Notes: a model not told the origin generated them from the sequence alone. A stretch of DNA of 64,000 nucleotides from Malacoraja senta (GCA_038087875.1 CM075993.1:9488001-9552000), one strand, 5' to 3'. Positions 38,697 through 52,911 are shown, counted from the stretch's first letter. Numbers and translations are program-made.

Positions 38697-39301
38697 ATGC
38701 CGGATTCAAGTACAAAATTCAGTACAATACATTATGGAATACATCCAATAATGTTGTTAATTCTCATCTCAGTAAAGAATAGCTGAAAGTCCATTGCTAT
38801 TAAACATCATAAAATCATCCTTACTCATAAACCACTATGACTGAAAATAAAAAGGCTTCTTTCAGCTGCTGCACATTTAACGGTTTCAGTTTACAGTTTA
38901 AGAATTCATTGATGCTGACAGCTCAGTTCAAACACTTGTGGGAATGCATTCATTACTGAGCAAATGCAACAAGATGTTATCCAACTGAGACGGCTGCTTG
39001 GTTCTTCCAATGCCCTGAAGCAGTGTGAACTCTACTGACAGTTATGCACTGTGTAGCGATGCATCTTTGTGCTGAAGCCCAGTGTCCTCACCTTTAAATC
39101 AGAGGGGCGAGAGATCGGGCTGCACTCCAGAAGTTGAGTTTAAACTCCTAGCTCTTGCCGGAGGATGTGCAATGTTGTTAGTAGTCCAGTTGTTGGGATG
39201 GAACCTTAAAGTGAGAGAACATCAGCGTGAAGATTAAAAAATCCGACAGTGCCTTTGAAGAAAAACAGGAGGATCCTTACCAATCCTCATCCTCGCTCTA
39301 T

Positions 39302-40133
39302 CCGGTGGCCTTGTTGAAAGGCTGCCTCCGCCTACAGTCTGTTTATCTTTTTATCTTTTTTATTTTTAGTATGTTTAAAGTATGTTTTTGGGGGATGTTT
39401 TTTAGTATTTCATGTGGGGGAGGGGGGTAGGGTAAAGGGGAAACTGTCCTTCAGTCACTTCCTGGCGAGGATGTGACTATCATCCGAGTCGCGCCCTACC
39501 TACTGGATTGGCGCGGCCTTTCCTGCCGGGACCGACCAGAGCTTCAGCAGCGGCAGCGCAGCGCTGGTTACATCCGGAAGTGGGCGATGCCTCACCTGGG
39601 ATCGCCGTTTGAAGCTCCGGAGTGTTGGGCCTGCTGCATCGACATCGCGGAGCTGTGGTTTGCGGAGCTCCCAACGCGGGCGGCGCTGACCAACATCGCG
39701 GAGTCCTGGGGCCCTTTGCCGGGGGCAGCCAGCGTTGAATATCCGCCCAGCTCGGCCTGTGGACTTCAGGAGCCGCGGACTCCGGTGGGAGGTGGCCGAT
39801 TCAGAGTTCCAGGCCGCTGAGGATGTTCTTCCGTTCGACTTCAGGGTTCCATCATTCCTGGCGAGCGGGCCTGAACATCGGGCCACCCGTAGCGGCGACT
39901 GCGGTGGGCTCAGGAGGTCACGAACATGGATGAACATCGGGGAACATCAGCGAGGAGGTTGACTGGACTTTGGTTCCTTCCCTCACAGTGGGGAACTTTG
40001 GTGCCGCTGCGGGGATGTTTGTGTTGTGGACCATTGTGTTCTGTGTTTTTTTTATTCTTATGACTGTATGGGAAATAGCATTTCATTGTCTTGAAGACAA
40101 TGATAATAAATTGAATCAAATCAAATCAAATCA
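39302..40133 (+). mobile_element. GC-rich non-autonomous retroelement family, copy 3
   Basis: Body homologous to 9246-9900. Ends aataaattg(AATCA)n. Confidence 0.7.
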
Positions 40134-40189
40134 ACCAATACCTATCCCAGTCATCATCGATCATTACCACAGTGCTCTATGTGGCAACT

Positions 40190-40726
40190 TGTTCTGCACA
40201 AGGAAGGAGTTAGTCACCGACTTCAGGGAGTACACGTCCTCGTCTGTATCAATGGTGCTGAAGACAATTTGTCCTTGTCGAACCACATGCGATCCTTCAT
40301 CCAAGAAAGCACAAAGCCTCCCCTTCCTCAGAAAACTAAAGAAATTTGGCTCGAGTGTAATGACTCTTACCTATTCCTATTGGGATGCATCAAATCTTGC
40401 TTTGCCAACATATCTGCTCAAGAAACTGCAGTTTTAGACGTAGCCCAATGCATCATGCAAACGAGTCTCCCCCCACTGACTCCAACATAATCAAGGACCA
40501 CTCACACCCCTGTTATTCTCTCTTCTCTCCTCTCCCATTTTGTAGAAGATACAAAAGTTTGAAACACATACTAACAAACTCAAGAATAACTTTTCCTCTG
40601 CTATTAGACTCTTGACCAGACCTTTCTTAATCTAAGGATGTATTCCCGATTCTCCCAGTCTACCTCATGCTGGCTCTTACACTTTTTAAAATTTGATATT
40701 TCTCGGTAGCTGTGACATAATATTCT
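40190..40726 (+). mobile_element. Degraded Rex1/Babar LINE 3' part (host of the L1; continues 45180-45300)
   Basis: KELVTDFR, FLRKLKKFG and IIKDHSHPCYSLFSPLP motifs. Tail gtgacaataaa at ~45282. Confidence 0.7.
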
Positions 40727-43700
40727 TTTTTTAAAAATATTTTTATTTATTAGAAGTATTGTACATTGCAGTGATATCAACCAAAAATAACATAATACAT
40801 TTCTTGTACCACTTCTTATTTGTAACTTTAAAAAGAAGAAAAATAGAAAGAGTTAGATAAGATAGTGAGTGCGTGAATGAGTGGTCCAGAGAAACCCGTA
40901 GGAATGTAAACCACAAGAAAGAGTTCAAAAGAAAACCAAAGAAAAAGAAAGAAAAAAAATAGAGAACATAAGAAAGTAAAATAAGATAAGATAAAAGGGA
41001 TGTACCTACTTCGTATCTTTACACACCCCTCACCAGGTCCTGAAACCATTTATTTTCAAAGTTATGTTGCACCCTATGCTTGTAATAAGTCGATAAATGG
41101 AGACCAAATCTTTTGGAAATGGTCTTATTTGCCTGCTAAGAGGAATCTCATGTCTTCCAGGTGTAACAGTTCGGACATATTTGAAATCCACATTTTTATC
41201 GTTGGTGTGGGAGCGTTTTTCCAGAATTTAAGTATAAGTTTTTTTGCCATTATTAAGCCGTAATTAAGAAAGCTCTTTTGGAACAAAGTCAGATCAAAGC
41301 TGGCTTCCATTGTTCCGAAAATAATCAGTTCTGCGTTCGGTTTCAGTTTTATTTTAAATAATTTTGTAAAAATTTCAAAGATTTCATTCCAAAATGTTTG
41401 GATTTTTATACAAAAAACAAAAGAATGTGCTATAGTTGCTTCTTGGGATAGACATTTATCACAGATGGGAGAGACATTCGGATAAAATTTACTTATTTTA
41501 GTTTTTGAGTAATATAGTCTATGTAAAGTTTTAAATTGGATTCGAACGTGTCTTACATTAATCGAGCATTTGTGTACATATAGCAAGTGTTTATCCCAAC
41601 TCTCTTTCGAGATTTTTATAGCTAGTTCTTGTTCCCAATCTCTTCTAATTCTATCTGATGATGGGCTGGGAAGATCATCAAAGACCCCTCCCACCCCAAC
41701 CATGGACTGTTTGCCCTCCTCCCATCAGGGAGGCGGTACAGGAGCCTCAGGTCTCGTACCAGTAGGATGAGGAACAGCTTCTACAATTATACCGTCGCAT
41801 TGCTGAACTCGGAGTCCCGCCGATAGATTCCTCCGGTCCCTCCTTCCCCATTGTTAATTATTCTGTATTTTTGATTATTCTGTATCCTCTTTTTTTTTTA
41901 AATTTCTACATTGCACTACTACTACGGACTGACGCAAAACTGCATTTCGTTGTACCCATACTCAGTATTTGTGCAATGACATTAAAGTTGAATTGAATTG
42001 AATTGAATTGAATATTTCTATATTTAGGATGATATTATACGTATGATATTAAATTAGTTGATTCCGCCTTTATATTCATTGCATCGTCTAATAGGTCTGG
42101 AGACAAATTTTGATATTCTTGTGTATATTTTTTCAAATAGTCACGGATTTGAAAATATTTAAAATATTGATTACTTCTCAGATTGTATTTAAGTTGTAGT
42201 TGGTGAAATGATTTAAAAAATTCCATTATCATACATGTCTACAAACGTTTTAATTCCTATTCTATCCCAGTATGTAAATGATTTATCTATAATAGATGTT
42301 TTAAACGACAGATTATTAACTATTGGTGAGAGAAGCGATAGGTTTCTTAATTTTAAGGTTAATTTTATTTGTTTCCAAATTCTAATTGTACTATGAATAA
42401 TTGGATTTTTACTGTATATTGTATTATTCAATTTTGTTGGTGAGAGAAGGATCGCTCCTATATTAAAAGGGGAGCAATCCTCTCTCTCCATTACTATCCA
42501 ATCCACCTGCTGGACAGAGTTTTCCAACAGGTGAATCACATTTTTGACATTTGCTGCCCAATAATAATACAAAAAATTAGGGAGTGTTAATCCACCAAAT
42601 TCTTTAGGTTTGCACAAATGTCCTCTTTGAATTCTATGGGATTTATAGTCCCATATAAAATTTGTGATATCGGCATCCAGTTTTAAAAAAAACTTTTTTG
42701 GTAAGTATATTGGTATTGATTGGAATAGATATAAAATTTGTGGTAGAAAGATCATTTTTATAGCATTTATTCGGCCTGTTAAAGACATCGGAAGTTTTCC
42801 AAAATTTAATCAGGGCGTTTAAGTTATTAAGTAGGGGCATATAGTTTGCATTAAATAAAGATTTATATTTTCTAGTAATTTCAATTCCCAAATATTTAAA
42901 TTTTTCTGAAGCAATTTTAAAAGGGAATTTTAACAGGTGTGTTGAGTCTTGAGGTTTTATCGTCATAATTTCACTTTTATTCCAATTTATTCTATATCCT
43001 GAAAAGGATCCAAATTCCTCTATTAGATTTAATATATTTGGTATACTGATTTGTGATTTTGTGATGTATAGTAGTACATCATCTGCGTATAATGATATTT
43101 TATTATTTGAGTATTTTCTATTATAACCATGGATATTCAGATGCGTTCTAATGCTTTCAGCTAAAGGTTCTATTACGAGAGCAAATAGCAGAGGTGATAG
43201 TGAACATCCCTGTCTATTGCCCCTTGATAATTGAAATTTCGGGGACAACATGATATTAGTTAATATTCTAGCAGTGGGCCTGTCATATAATAGTTTTACC
43301 CATGAGATAAAATTCTCTCCCATTTGAAATGTTTGCAATACTTTAACAAGGTAGTCCCATTCCACTTGATCGAATGCTTTTTCTGCGTCCAATGAAATAA
43401 TTGATAAGTCTTGTTCTTCGGTTTTATATGAATGCATTATATTAAACAGACGTCTCAGATTATTGCATGAGTATCTCTTGGGTATAAACCCCGTTTGATC
43501 CGCATTTATTAATTTACTAACATATTTACTTAATCTTCTAGCTAATGTTTTCGCTAGTATTTTTTGATCTGTATTTAACAGCGCAATAGCTCTGTATGAA
43601 CCCGGGTCTTCTAAATCTTTATCTTTTTTAGGTATAAGTGTAATCGTTGATTCCGCTAATGTTTCTGGTAGTGTTTGTTCTTTGAAAGCATATGTATACA

Positions 43701-45164
43701 TTTTATGTAACCGTGGTGTAATTATCTCATTAAATCTTTTATAAAATTCATTACTAAATCCATCTGGTCCTGGTGTTTTTCCATTCTTTAGTGAGTTTAT
43801 TGTTTCTTCTATTTCCTTAATTGAGATTTGTGCTCCTAATTCCTCTTGTTCGATCAAGTTAAGTTTTGGGAGATTACAGTTATCCAAGAACTCTATAACT
43901 TTAGTACTATCTGCTAACGTTTTAGATGTATATACATTTTGATAAAATTGAGCAAATCTTTTATTAATATCATTAGGTAGTGTTAACAATTCACCATTAT
44001 CTGATTTAATCTTTAAAATCATATGATCTTTTTCCTGTTTTTTCAATTGACGTGCAAAAAGTTTATGCGGTTTTCACCAAATTCAAAATTTTCCTGTTTT
44101 GTCATTTGAAATAATCTTATAACTTTTGCTGATAATATTTTATTTAATTTAAATTTCAATATTGTTATTTTTATTATGTTTACAGTATCTATAGTTGGCT
44201 CTTTAGCGTTATTTAGATCCAGTTGTCTAATTCATTCTTCTAACTGCCTTTGTTCATGCTTATTATTTTTATTTAGAAAAGCTTGATATGAGATTATAGA
44301 TCCTCTGATAAATGCTTTAAAAGATTCCCATAGTAAAGTTGGTGAAATATCTGGGGTGTCATTAGTCTCGAAAAAAAGTTCCATCTGTTGTTTTAAATAT
44401 ATACCACCTTGTGAATCATTTAGAATTTGAGGATTAAACCTCCAAAACGATTTATTATTAGGCATTCCTTCAAGTTTAAAAAAAAAGTTAACGGGGAGTG
44501 ATCAGAAATAATGCTGTTGTGATATTTTGGGTTCATTGTATAGGGAATTAATTTTGTGTCCACTAGAAAATAGTCGATACGTGAGTAGGTTTTGTGTACC
44601 ATTGAATAAAACGAGTATTCCCTTCCAGCAGGGTTAGCGATCCTCCAAACATCTGTTGTATTTGTATTTTTTATGTATGTATTTAGGAGTTCCCTAGTTT
44701 TAGATTTTGTGTTACCCCTGTTTTGTTGTGAAGATTTATCCAGGTACGGATCTAAAACGCAGTTAAAGTCTCGCCCAATTATCACGTTTTGATAATTAAT
44801 TGAAATTATATTCAGGATTTTATTAAAAAATTGGGGATTATCAAAATTAGGTGCATAAATATTTACCAAGGTGATTGGAGTAGCATGAATCTCTCCGGTA
44901 ACTATGAGATATCTCCCTTCCTTATCTATTATGATATTCTTTGATTTAAATGGTATACCTTTGCGAATAATAATTGCCGTACCTCTAGATTTAGAGATAT
45001 ATGAAGATTGATATGTTTGGCCTATCCAATTTGCCTTCAATCTAGTCTGAGCTTGCAATTTCAGATGTGTTTCTTGTAAGAAGTTTATGTCCGAATTGAG
45101 CGACTTCAGTTGTGCGAAAATCTTACCCCTTTTAATAGGTTCGTTAGCACCCCTTATGTTCCAA
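40727..45164 (-). mobile_element. L1-clade LINE: near-complete but frameshifted ORF2 (APE endonuclease, RT, Cys-rich C-terminus), no ORF1
   Basis: Motifs WNIRG, FLQETH, NIYAPN, SRIDYF, ISDHSP; KTPGPDGF, SLDAEKAFD, RQGCSLSP, LYADD. AATAAA and A-tail. 15-bp TSD GTGACATAATATTCT (40712-40726 / 45165-45179). Confidence 0.93.
41665..42012 (+). mobile_element. Rex1/Babar-type LINE 3' fragment nested in the L1
   Basis: KIIKDPSHPNHGLFALLPSGRRYRSLRSRTSRMRNSF motif and (GAATT)n tail. L1 frame resumes on both sides. Confidence 0.8.
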
Positions 45165-45471
45165 GTGACATAATATTCTGTGCTGTTTCCTTTCTCTTTT
45201 TGCACTACCAGTTGTATTCATGTGTGGTTTGATTGCATGGAATGATTTATCTTGAAATGTTTTCATTCTATCCCAGTACTTGTGACAATAAACCAATACG
45301 AATACGCAGTAGCTGCAATTGTTGCATTGTGTTATATCCAGTGGCTATTCTTTAAATAATGTACTCGTTGCAACACATTGGTTTATTTGTGAGTTGTGTC
45401 AAACCATTTATTACTTGGCGACTTGGCGGCTTGCAATGTTTCTGTCCTTCATTTTAGTTTACAACTATATG

Positions 45472-45596
45472 ACGGTCTCACAATGGCGCGGCGGTAGAGT
45501 TGCTGCTTTACAGCACCTGGGATCCGGGTTTCATCTGACTACGGGTGCTGTCTGTATGGAGTTTGTACGTTCTCCCAGTGACCTGCGTGGGTTTTT
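45472..45596 (+). mobile_element. HE1-type SINE 5' half truncated by the LTR element
   Basis: Head through gacctgcgtgggtttt, then the LTR begins. Confidence 0.78.
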
Positions 45597-45598
45597 AT

Positions 45599-47515
45599 TG
45601 TGATATTGCAAGGACTACTTTGTTATATCACAAGGACTACTTTGTTTGCCTGCGTAGCAACATGTATATGTGGGAATGACGTAATATGGGCACGGCACTC
45701 TGGTTCCAGATGGCCGTGAAATAAACAGAACCTTGATTCATGCTCAGCTTCAAACCCCTAATTACGTGTACTTTTGGTCATTCCAGACTCATAACAATGG
45801 TATAACAGATAATGGTATAACATGAAGTACAACATGGTGGCAGCGGTTTGTGTGATTTAGCCCGAGAAAGAAACAGAAAAAAGAAAGCCCTAGTAAAATG
45901 GACACTTTCCAGCTCAGTAAAGAATGCTAGAAATGCATCTCGACAGGGCCACTACACCTGGTTGGACGTCAGCACCGAGCTAGTGACGGGACACTGCAAG
46001 CAGCTGAGGGTGGTGAGTGAAGGCCCACATTGCGCCCCAGCCCTGTGCAGAGCTGAGTTCGGAAGGCGGAGAGACCAGCCACACACGGGGGCGCTGCGAC
46101 CGGTGAGACCGAACGCTTATGGAGACGAAGCAAGCCGAAAGGCTGTATTTTCTTTAAAACCTAAGAGCTTTAAAGTTAAAAGCTAGAAGCAGTATTGAAA
46201 ACAACAAAAGCTGCAGAGGCAGTATTGAAAAAGCTGTGTATGGAAAACGCTCGAGATAAGCAGAAGGCTGTTCGAGATAAGCCGTATTGAAAATGACTGT
46301 TACCAAGGAAGACATAAACAAGGGACCTTGGAAATCTCAAATTTAATGATGTTTTGAATTCTAACTTGATAAAATGTACTGAAGTATGATTGTTTACCAT
46401 AAAAACTTGAAGGACCCCCCCCCTAAGATTGCGCAAGCCGTGTGTGGAACAGAAAAAATAATAATTTGTGTGTAAGGCTTAAAGCTTAATCATTTGTGTG
46501 CAAGCTTACATATAATATTAGAAGTGAATAATGGTACATAATTTAGTAAGATTTGGCAAATACAGGCAACATTGTACTAGTGTTTGAATTTGAAGCTCAT
46601 ATGTATATATATATATATATATATGTAGATTGCATGTAAGTGTATATAGTAATAACGATAACAAGAGGTGTGTGACTCTGTGATACGTTTGTTTTGAATC
46701 CAAATTTAATATTTCAAGTTAACGTGTTTACGCCGTATATGGCAAGTAACATGACTCGGTTACCTGAAATAAACTGGCAAGTGCTGGACATTGCCAATGA
46801 GTTCTCCTTGTTCAAGCAGAGGATGAAATTGTGCCTGCAAGACTTAGAAATCACATCGGTGTCTAAGTAGGCAACAAAGATAAAACTTGCTTTAGGAGTA
46901 GAAGGACTCCGTCGTTTGAATGCGTTAGGTCTGAGCGAAGAGAATCAAAACAAGCCAGAGGAGATATGGACATTCTTTGAGGGCCAGCTGAGGACAAAGG
47001 TAAATTTCAGAGTCCACAGGTTGGAGTCGATGTGGTATCGCCAGAAACCGGAAGAATTGCTCGATCAATTTGTGACCCAGTGTCGAGAAAAGAGTCTCCA
47101 ATGTAACTTCACTGATCCCGAGCTCAATGAAAGAATCATTGAGTTGATAATCGTGTCAACGCCCTAGGAAGGTTTACAGCAAGAGCTTATACAGAAGCTT
47201 GCGGGATACACCATTCCAGAGGCGCTTACATTAGGCAGGCAGTATGAGGCCATTGCGGCAGGCAGTATGAGGCCATTGCGGCAGGCAGGCAGGCAGTGCA
47301 TTGCAGGTTTAGAGCCTGGGTCTTGCAATATAGATGCAGTCAAGACAAGAGGGACAACGAAGCAAAAGCTACAAGATAAGGAGAGACAAAACCAACTTCA
47401 AGGAGCCAGCCACCCTTCATCTCAAGGAGAAGGCCACACCACACATAGATGCACCAAGGAAACGCAGTGTCCATATCAGAGACAAGTTGCGGGCCGAGTT
47501 GGATAAAATGGACAT
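45599..47515 (+). mobile_element. Truncated Gypsy-type LTR element (5' LTR ~45599-45834, PBS, decayed gag)
   Basis: CA|TGGTGGCAGCGG PBS (tRNA-Leu-like). Gag-like WTFFEGQLRTKVNFRVHRL..RQKPEELLDQFVTQCR..CNF with stops, then pre-RT LHLKEKATPHIDAPRK. No 3' LTR seen. Confidence 0.78.
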
Positions 47516-47658
47516 TTAAAGGGAACATGCAAACTGCCATCTCACTGTGTGGGAAGGAGAGTGGCAAATATCATCTGATGAGCCAGATGTTAAATCATCA
47601 GGATATACAAATAGTCAGCGAGTGGATTATTAGTCTTTCACTGTAGTTTCTTTCTAAC

Positions 47659-49774
47659 CTTTCATGTTCGTTTTCTAGGTCTGCACAAAACTTGAAAGTC
47701 TTCAAGGTGCAACAGAAGTCTTTATTATATTACTCAATGCTGGCAGCAAGACAACTCAAAATGGCCGCACACGCACACGCACACGCACAGACAGACAGAC
47801 AGACAGACAGCAAAGCTCCTCTAGTATCTTTGGACAGGAGAGAACTATATACAAAACATCTCCCTTTGTCCTGTGCAGCGCCACCTGCTGCACGGGAGGA
47901 GCCACGGGTCCTCCCACCCCACACAGTCCACCAAACATCACATTCCCCCTTTCCAGTTTAGAACGTCTCCATTTAGCTGGACCTCGCTTCACTCTTTTTT
48001 TCCAGCCTTTTTTGCGTTTCACAACTCTTGCTAAAGGCTCAGAATCAACAGAGTGTTCCTCAGTCTTTTTTGAAGAGATATGTATTGGCTTTATCTGTAC
48101 GCTGTTCTTTCTCCACTCGGCCGTAGTTTTTCTCGGCGGTCGTCAGCATTTTGGATGCGAACGAGATTGGTTCTACCTTGCCGTTCGGCGCCGTCTGTGA
48201 GATTACAGCTCCAAGATCATATAGAGCGAGATCGGCTACGATGAGTCATAGTGGACCAAACACTTCTTCTGGGCGAGCATCTCCTTCAACCTGGTGAATG
48301 CATGGTCACACTCTTTGGACCAGTGCCATTCAACGTCCTGTTTTCGCAGGTTGCACTTGCTGACCATGTTGCAATCCATGGTAGATGACAATGCCATAGT
48401 TGATCCATCGTAGATCAAGGCGTTCATGTCAAGCTTGAAAGCATGGATCCAGTCGATGGCGCATAGAGATGTACCTTCTTTACCAACAACGATCAGCGGC
48501 AACATCTGTGTCATACCATTACAGGAAATGGCGACAGTGCATTTGCCTTTCGTGGGAATGGGCTGTCGTCCGTATCCGAAAAGGCGGATGTTGGCTGGTT
48601 CCAGTTTAGGCGATTCGAGATGTCCTGACTCACCAGTGTCCACCTGGAACTATAGATCGACGTTCGAGACCCGCAGCAAAATCCTCGTCTTGTCGGTAAT
48701 CGTAGACACACCGAGCACTTCAATAGGAATGGTCTCCGCGATTTGGTCGACTGTGTTTTGCGCTTTCTTGACCTTTCTCAGCTTACCTACGGATTGACAC
48801 ACTGCCCAGAGATTACCTTTTCGGTAACAGGCATAACAAACGGACTTGATATATGGGCACTCACGGTGATGATAAACAGTCGAGCCGCACTGGTAGCAGG
48901 GTTTCGATCCTCCCCACACAGGGAGACGGCTCTTCTGAAACTGTCCCTATTTCTCCGGATTTGCTCTGGGTCAATCAACTGGTTTCTGGCGTTGCGGACT
49001 AGTCTGACAAACTGTATGCACCTCCTGAGGGAGCTTCGACGTGTTTCGCCGGCCATTTTGTGCAGTTCTTTACTCAGCAGCTCGGCCATTTTAGCACACT
49101 GCACAACATTCTTCAATGAGGCGTCAGATTCCTTGAGAATCGCCTGCTGGATGAATGCGTGCCTGCAGCCCATGACCAGTCTATCCCGCAACGCATTGTC
49201 TTGCCACTTTTCCCAGCATTGAGCTTTAAAATCACATGCCATTGCCTTGGTACGAAGTTCGGCAAGAAATTCAGTTATCAATTCCTTCCTGTTGCACCGT
49301 CCTGTAAAAATCAAGGCGAGCTGGGAGGAAATTTCGACTTTCTTCGAAATGCAGCTGCAAAGCCGTTGTGATTTCAGCATATGAGACTTCAGTTACTTCT
49401 TCTGTAAGTAAATTTTGAAGCAGTGCAAAAGTATCTGGAGACATCGACGAACACAAAAGAGCCTCCTTCCTCTGGTCAGTCGTAATTGCCATACTTTCAA
49501 AATAAAACTCAGCGCGCATTAAATACGACGACCACCTTTCTCGCTCGGGATCGAAACGATTGAATTGCCGAGACATGTTAATTTGAGTTTCGTTTTAAAT
49601 TTTTTTTTAAAAATAGGCTCTTATCTGGGTCTTTGGTCGCAATCCGAAGAATCCCACGTCTGACACCACTTTCGTGTTCGTTTTCTAGGTCTGCATGAAA
49701 CTTGAGAGTCTTCAAGATACAACAGAAGTCTTTATTATATTACTCAATGCTGGCAGCAAGACAACTCAAAATGG

Positions 49775-49809
<35 letters not shown>

Positions 49810-49975
49810 GACAGACAGACGGACGGACGGACGGACGGACGGAAGCAAAGCTCCTCTAGTATCTTTGGACAGGAGAGAACTATATACAAAACATCTCCCT
49901 TTGTCCTGTGCAGCGCCACGCTGCACGGGAGGAGCAACAGGTCCTCCCACCCCACACAGTCCACCAAACATCACA
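47659..49975 (-). mobile_element. Internally deleted Gypsy-type LTR retrotransposon with two LTRs (47659-47942, 49669-49975)
   Basis: PBS TGGTGTCAGACGTGGGATTC (tRNA-Leu-like) and PPT GGAAAGGGGGAA. Gag (LRDRLVMG, two Cys knuckles), protease DTG and RT-connection fragment WHWSKECDHAF. No RT core or integrase. Confidence 0.9.
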
Positions 49976-51361
49976 GGTCTTCTTACATAAGGGATGATTT
50001 TCTTTTCATGAACAGAGAGCAACAAAGGTTCATCGGACTGATTCTTGGGACAGCAAGGCTGAGGAAGGAGGAGACAATGAGTTGGTTAGGTACATATTCA
50101 TTGGAATGTGGAAGAAATAAGAAGAGGGGATTTCACAGAAAGATTTGGTTCTACCAGCTGTGCCACTGAAAGTTGGAATTGTCCACCAGAGACGGCATTG
50201 GAGGTGAAGTCATTAAATATATTCAATAAGGTTGTAGACATATTCCTTGTGGAAACATATTTCTTAATGCAAAGAGAAAAACATGGGAATGTGGTACTGA
50301 AATGGATGTTCAACCATGATCGTGTTGAATGGTGAAGCAGGTCTGCAGGGCTGGATGCCCTACTTATGTTCCTAGTTTGTATCCTTCTGTGCATTCTAAA
50401 GTGGCATAAATAGCTTTCTACATCAGAATCATTAGCTAAGGCAGAAAAACATTGAGGTAGAGATCGCTATGATCTTATTGAATAGCAGGGCAAGCTTGAG
50501 TGGCAGAATGGCCTTCTCCTGCCTAATCACTGTGATTGTTATGAAGTGTCTTGTTGCCCGGTCATGCTAACTGGGTTATTGTTCTGATTTTTGTCCTCTC
50601 TTCTTCCTCGACGGTTGGAATTCCAGCCTCATCTTCCCATTTTATCAGAGTGTAGATCTGTTGGCATGCCTTTTCAATGTTGAGGCCAAAACTGCACATC
50701 CAGATCACAGATGATAAGTTGAAGTAGCCGTTCATCTGACAATGTTATAAAGTATTTCCCTGAGGATGTGCAACATAGCACATTGGTCTGAGAAAGCATC
50801 CAGCGGTAAATTCTGTACTGCATCTTGGTGGAACCAGTCTGTTGGGGATGAGCGGTATTGTCCACCAGCTGGGAATTTAGTTTAGTTTAGTTTAGTTCAG
50901 AGATACAGGGCGGAAACAGTGGTGCATGCAAAAGGACTCTTAGCTATGGTAGAGGGGAAGCCATCGTTTAAGAAGGAAAAAATCTCAGAGGCACCTGTGC
51001 AGAAAATATTGTCAGAACAGCTTTGAAAGAGGCAGCGGAATGGAGGGAATGGTAGAGTGCATAATAGAAACAAGTTATTTAAACTCCAGAGCACAAGATT
51101 TCCTGACAATAGCAATTCATGAGCATGACAAAGCGATAAAAAGTTTGTCAATCGCATCGTCAGGGTAAATGGAGTGATGTCTCACTACAGATGAGTATAG
51201 GATCTACGTTCAATTGTTAATTGAGGTGGTTGACAACAACAGCCTCGGTGGAGGGCTGGGTGGAATAAAACTACTGGATGAAGGAATCTTGCTGGCAATA
51301 CAGAAACTCGACCAGGTAGTCATATCGGACGTCCTTGTTTCCTTCGGAAAGACATTTAACA

Positions 51362-51660
51362 TGCTGGTTCCCAAGAAGAGCAAGGTGACATGCCTCAACA
51401 ACTACTGAACAGTGGCACTCACACCATTGTGAAGAAGGGTCTCGACCCAAACCGTCACCCATTCCTTCTATCCAAAGATGCTGCCTGTCCCGCTGAGTTA
51501 TTTTGTGTCTATATTCAGTGTAAACCAGCATCTGCAGTTCCTTCCTACACACGCATTGTGATGAAGTGCTTCGAGAGATTGGTTGTGGTGCAAAATCAAC
51601 TCCTGCCTCAGTATTGGCCTGGACCCACTTCAATTTGCTTACTGCCACAGCAGATCGATA
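51362..51660 (+). mobile_element. Rex1/Babar RT fragment interrupted by a Penelope-derived piece
   Basis: VPKKSKVTCLNNY..VALT / IVMKCFERLV / LDPLQFAY. The insertion is flanked by a duplicated CATTGTGA. Confidence 0.75.
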
Positions 51661-52911
51661 GTGATTCAAGATTCAAGAGAGTTTATTGTCAGATAGGACA
51701 CATGACAATAATGGAATGGAATAATGAATGGAATCCTGCTGGCTTTGCATTCTGCACTGATTACTGGGATAATAGAGGATTTACTCTCAGAATAGGACTG
51801 TAGACACCTCTCTGACTGTGAAGATTACACATTCTGTGTTACAGCCCACTGGAATCCATGGGAAGGCAACACCACCCTCTTTAGAGAATTAGAATGTAAA
51901 GCTGGAGGGAGCGATGGATGGGGAGAGATGGAGGGGAAATTGAAATTTTATGTATTCTAATTCTTTCAGTTACAAAACCTGAAAGTGAAGACATATTTCT
52001 CCCACCACCCATCACTCTGTTCCTTTCCCCTCCTCTGTACATTTATCTTCCACCCCTTCCATCTTCCCTATTTCTATTTGTTTATGGTGCGGTGATGGCC
52101 AAGGAAAGAATGCTTCACGTAAACGTTTGGTTGTGAGTCCTCAGCTTTGTAACACTGAATTAAAATACAGACCTGGGGCCTGTTTATACAACTTTTATCA
52201 TTCTGAACACCCTTTTTTTCTGCATTATTTATCTATCCAACACTCCCTGATGAAGCACACTGTGTGGCAACTGAAGATGTTGGAGAAACCTGTTCTTTAA
52301 ATTGGACGTTTCTGACTGTTTGCTGGCGGTCAAAATAACTCCCTGAAGTTGTTCTGGTGTTGAACAGTCTGTTTCATCCCAGGTGTTAGTACCTGATTTG
52401 TTGGTGCTGTGCTCTTATTCTTGTCTCCTAGATTCATTAGCTCGGGTCTGCTCAGAGGGCTGCTCTGTAAAAATGAAATGTATGCTGTGGAAATTCCTCT
52501 GCAGTCACAGTACCAACCTGAGTTGGAGCAGAGAACAACACTCAGATACGGCTAAATAGCTAATTTAGCAACCCCAACCAAACATACATTCTAGGCAACT
52601 GTACCTTCAATTGGACAGAGCTGGTATGTTATGACAGTAAAATGCATGTTTAAGATCTATCATTACAAAACCAGACATGCTTGAAGCATTCAGCAGGTTA
52701 GACAGCATTTTTTCATGTGGGTGGTAACAGATGTACTGAGTATATTTATTCATGTTACTGTGGTATTTACAGGTTGTGAGTGCATGTTGATTTGCGCTCA
52801 GTGTAGGACTGCAGATTTCTACACCTGTCTGACTGTGAAGATTACACATTCTGTGCTACAGACCACCGGAATCCATCGTAAGGCAACACCACCCTCTTTG
52901 GAGGAGTAAAC

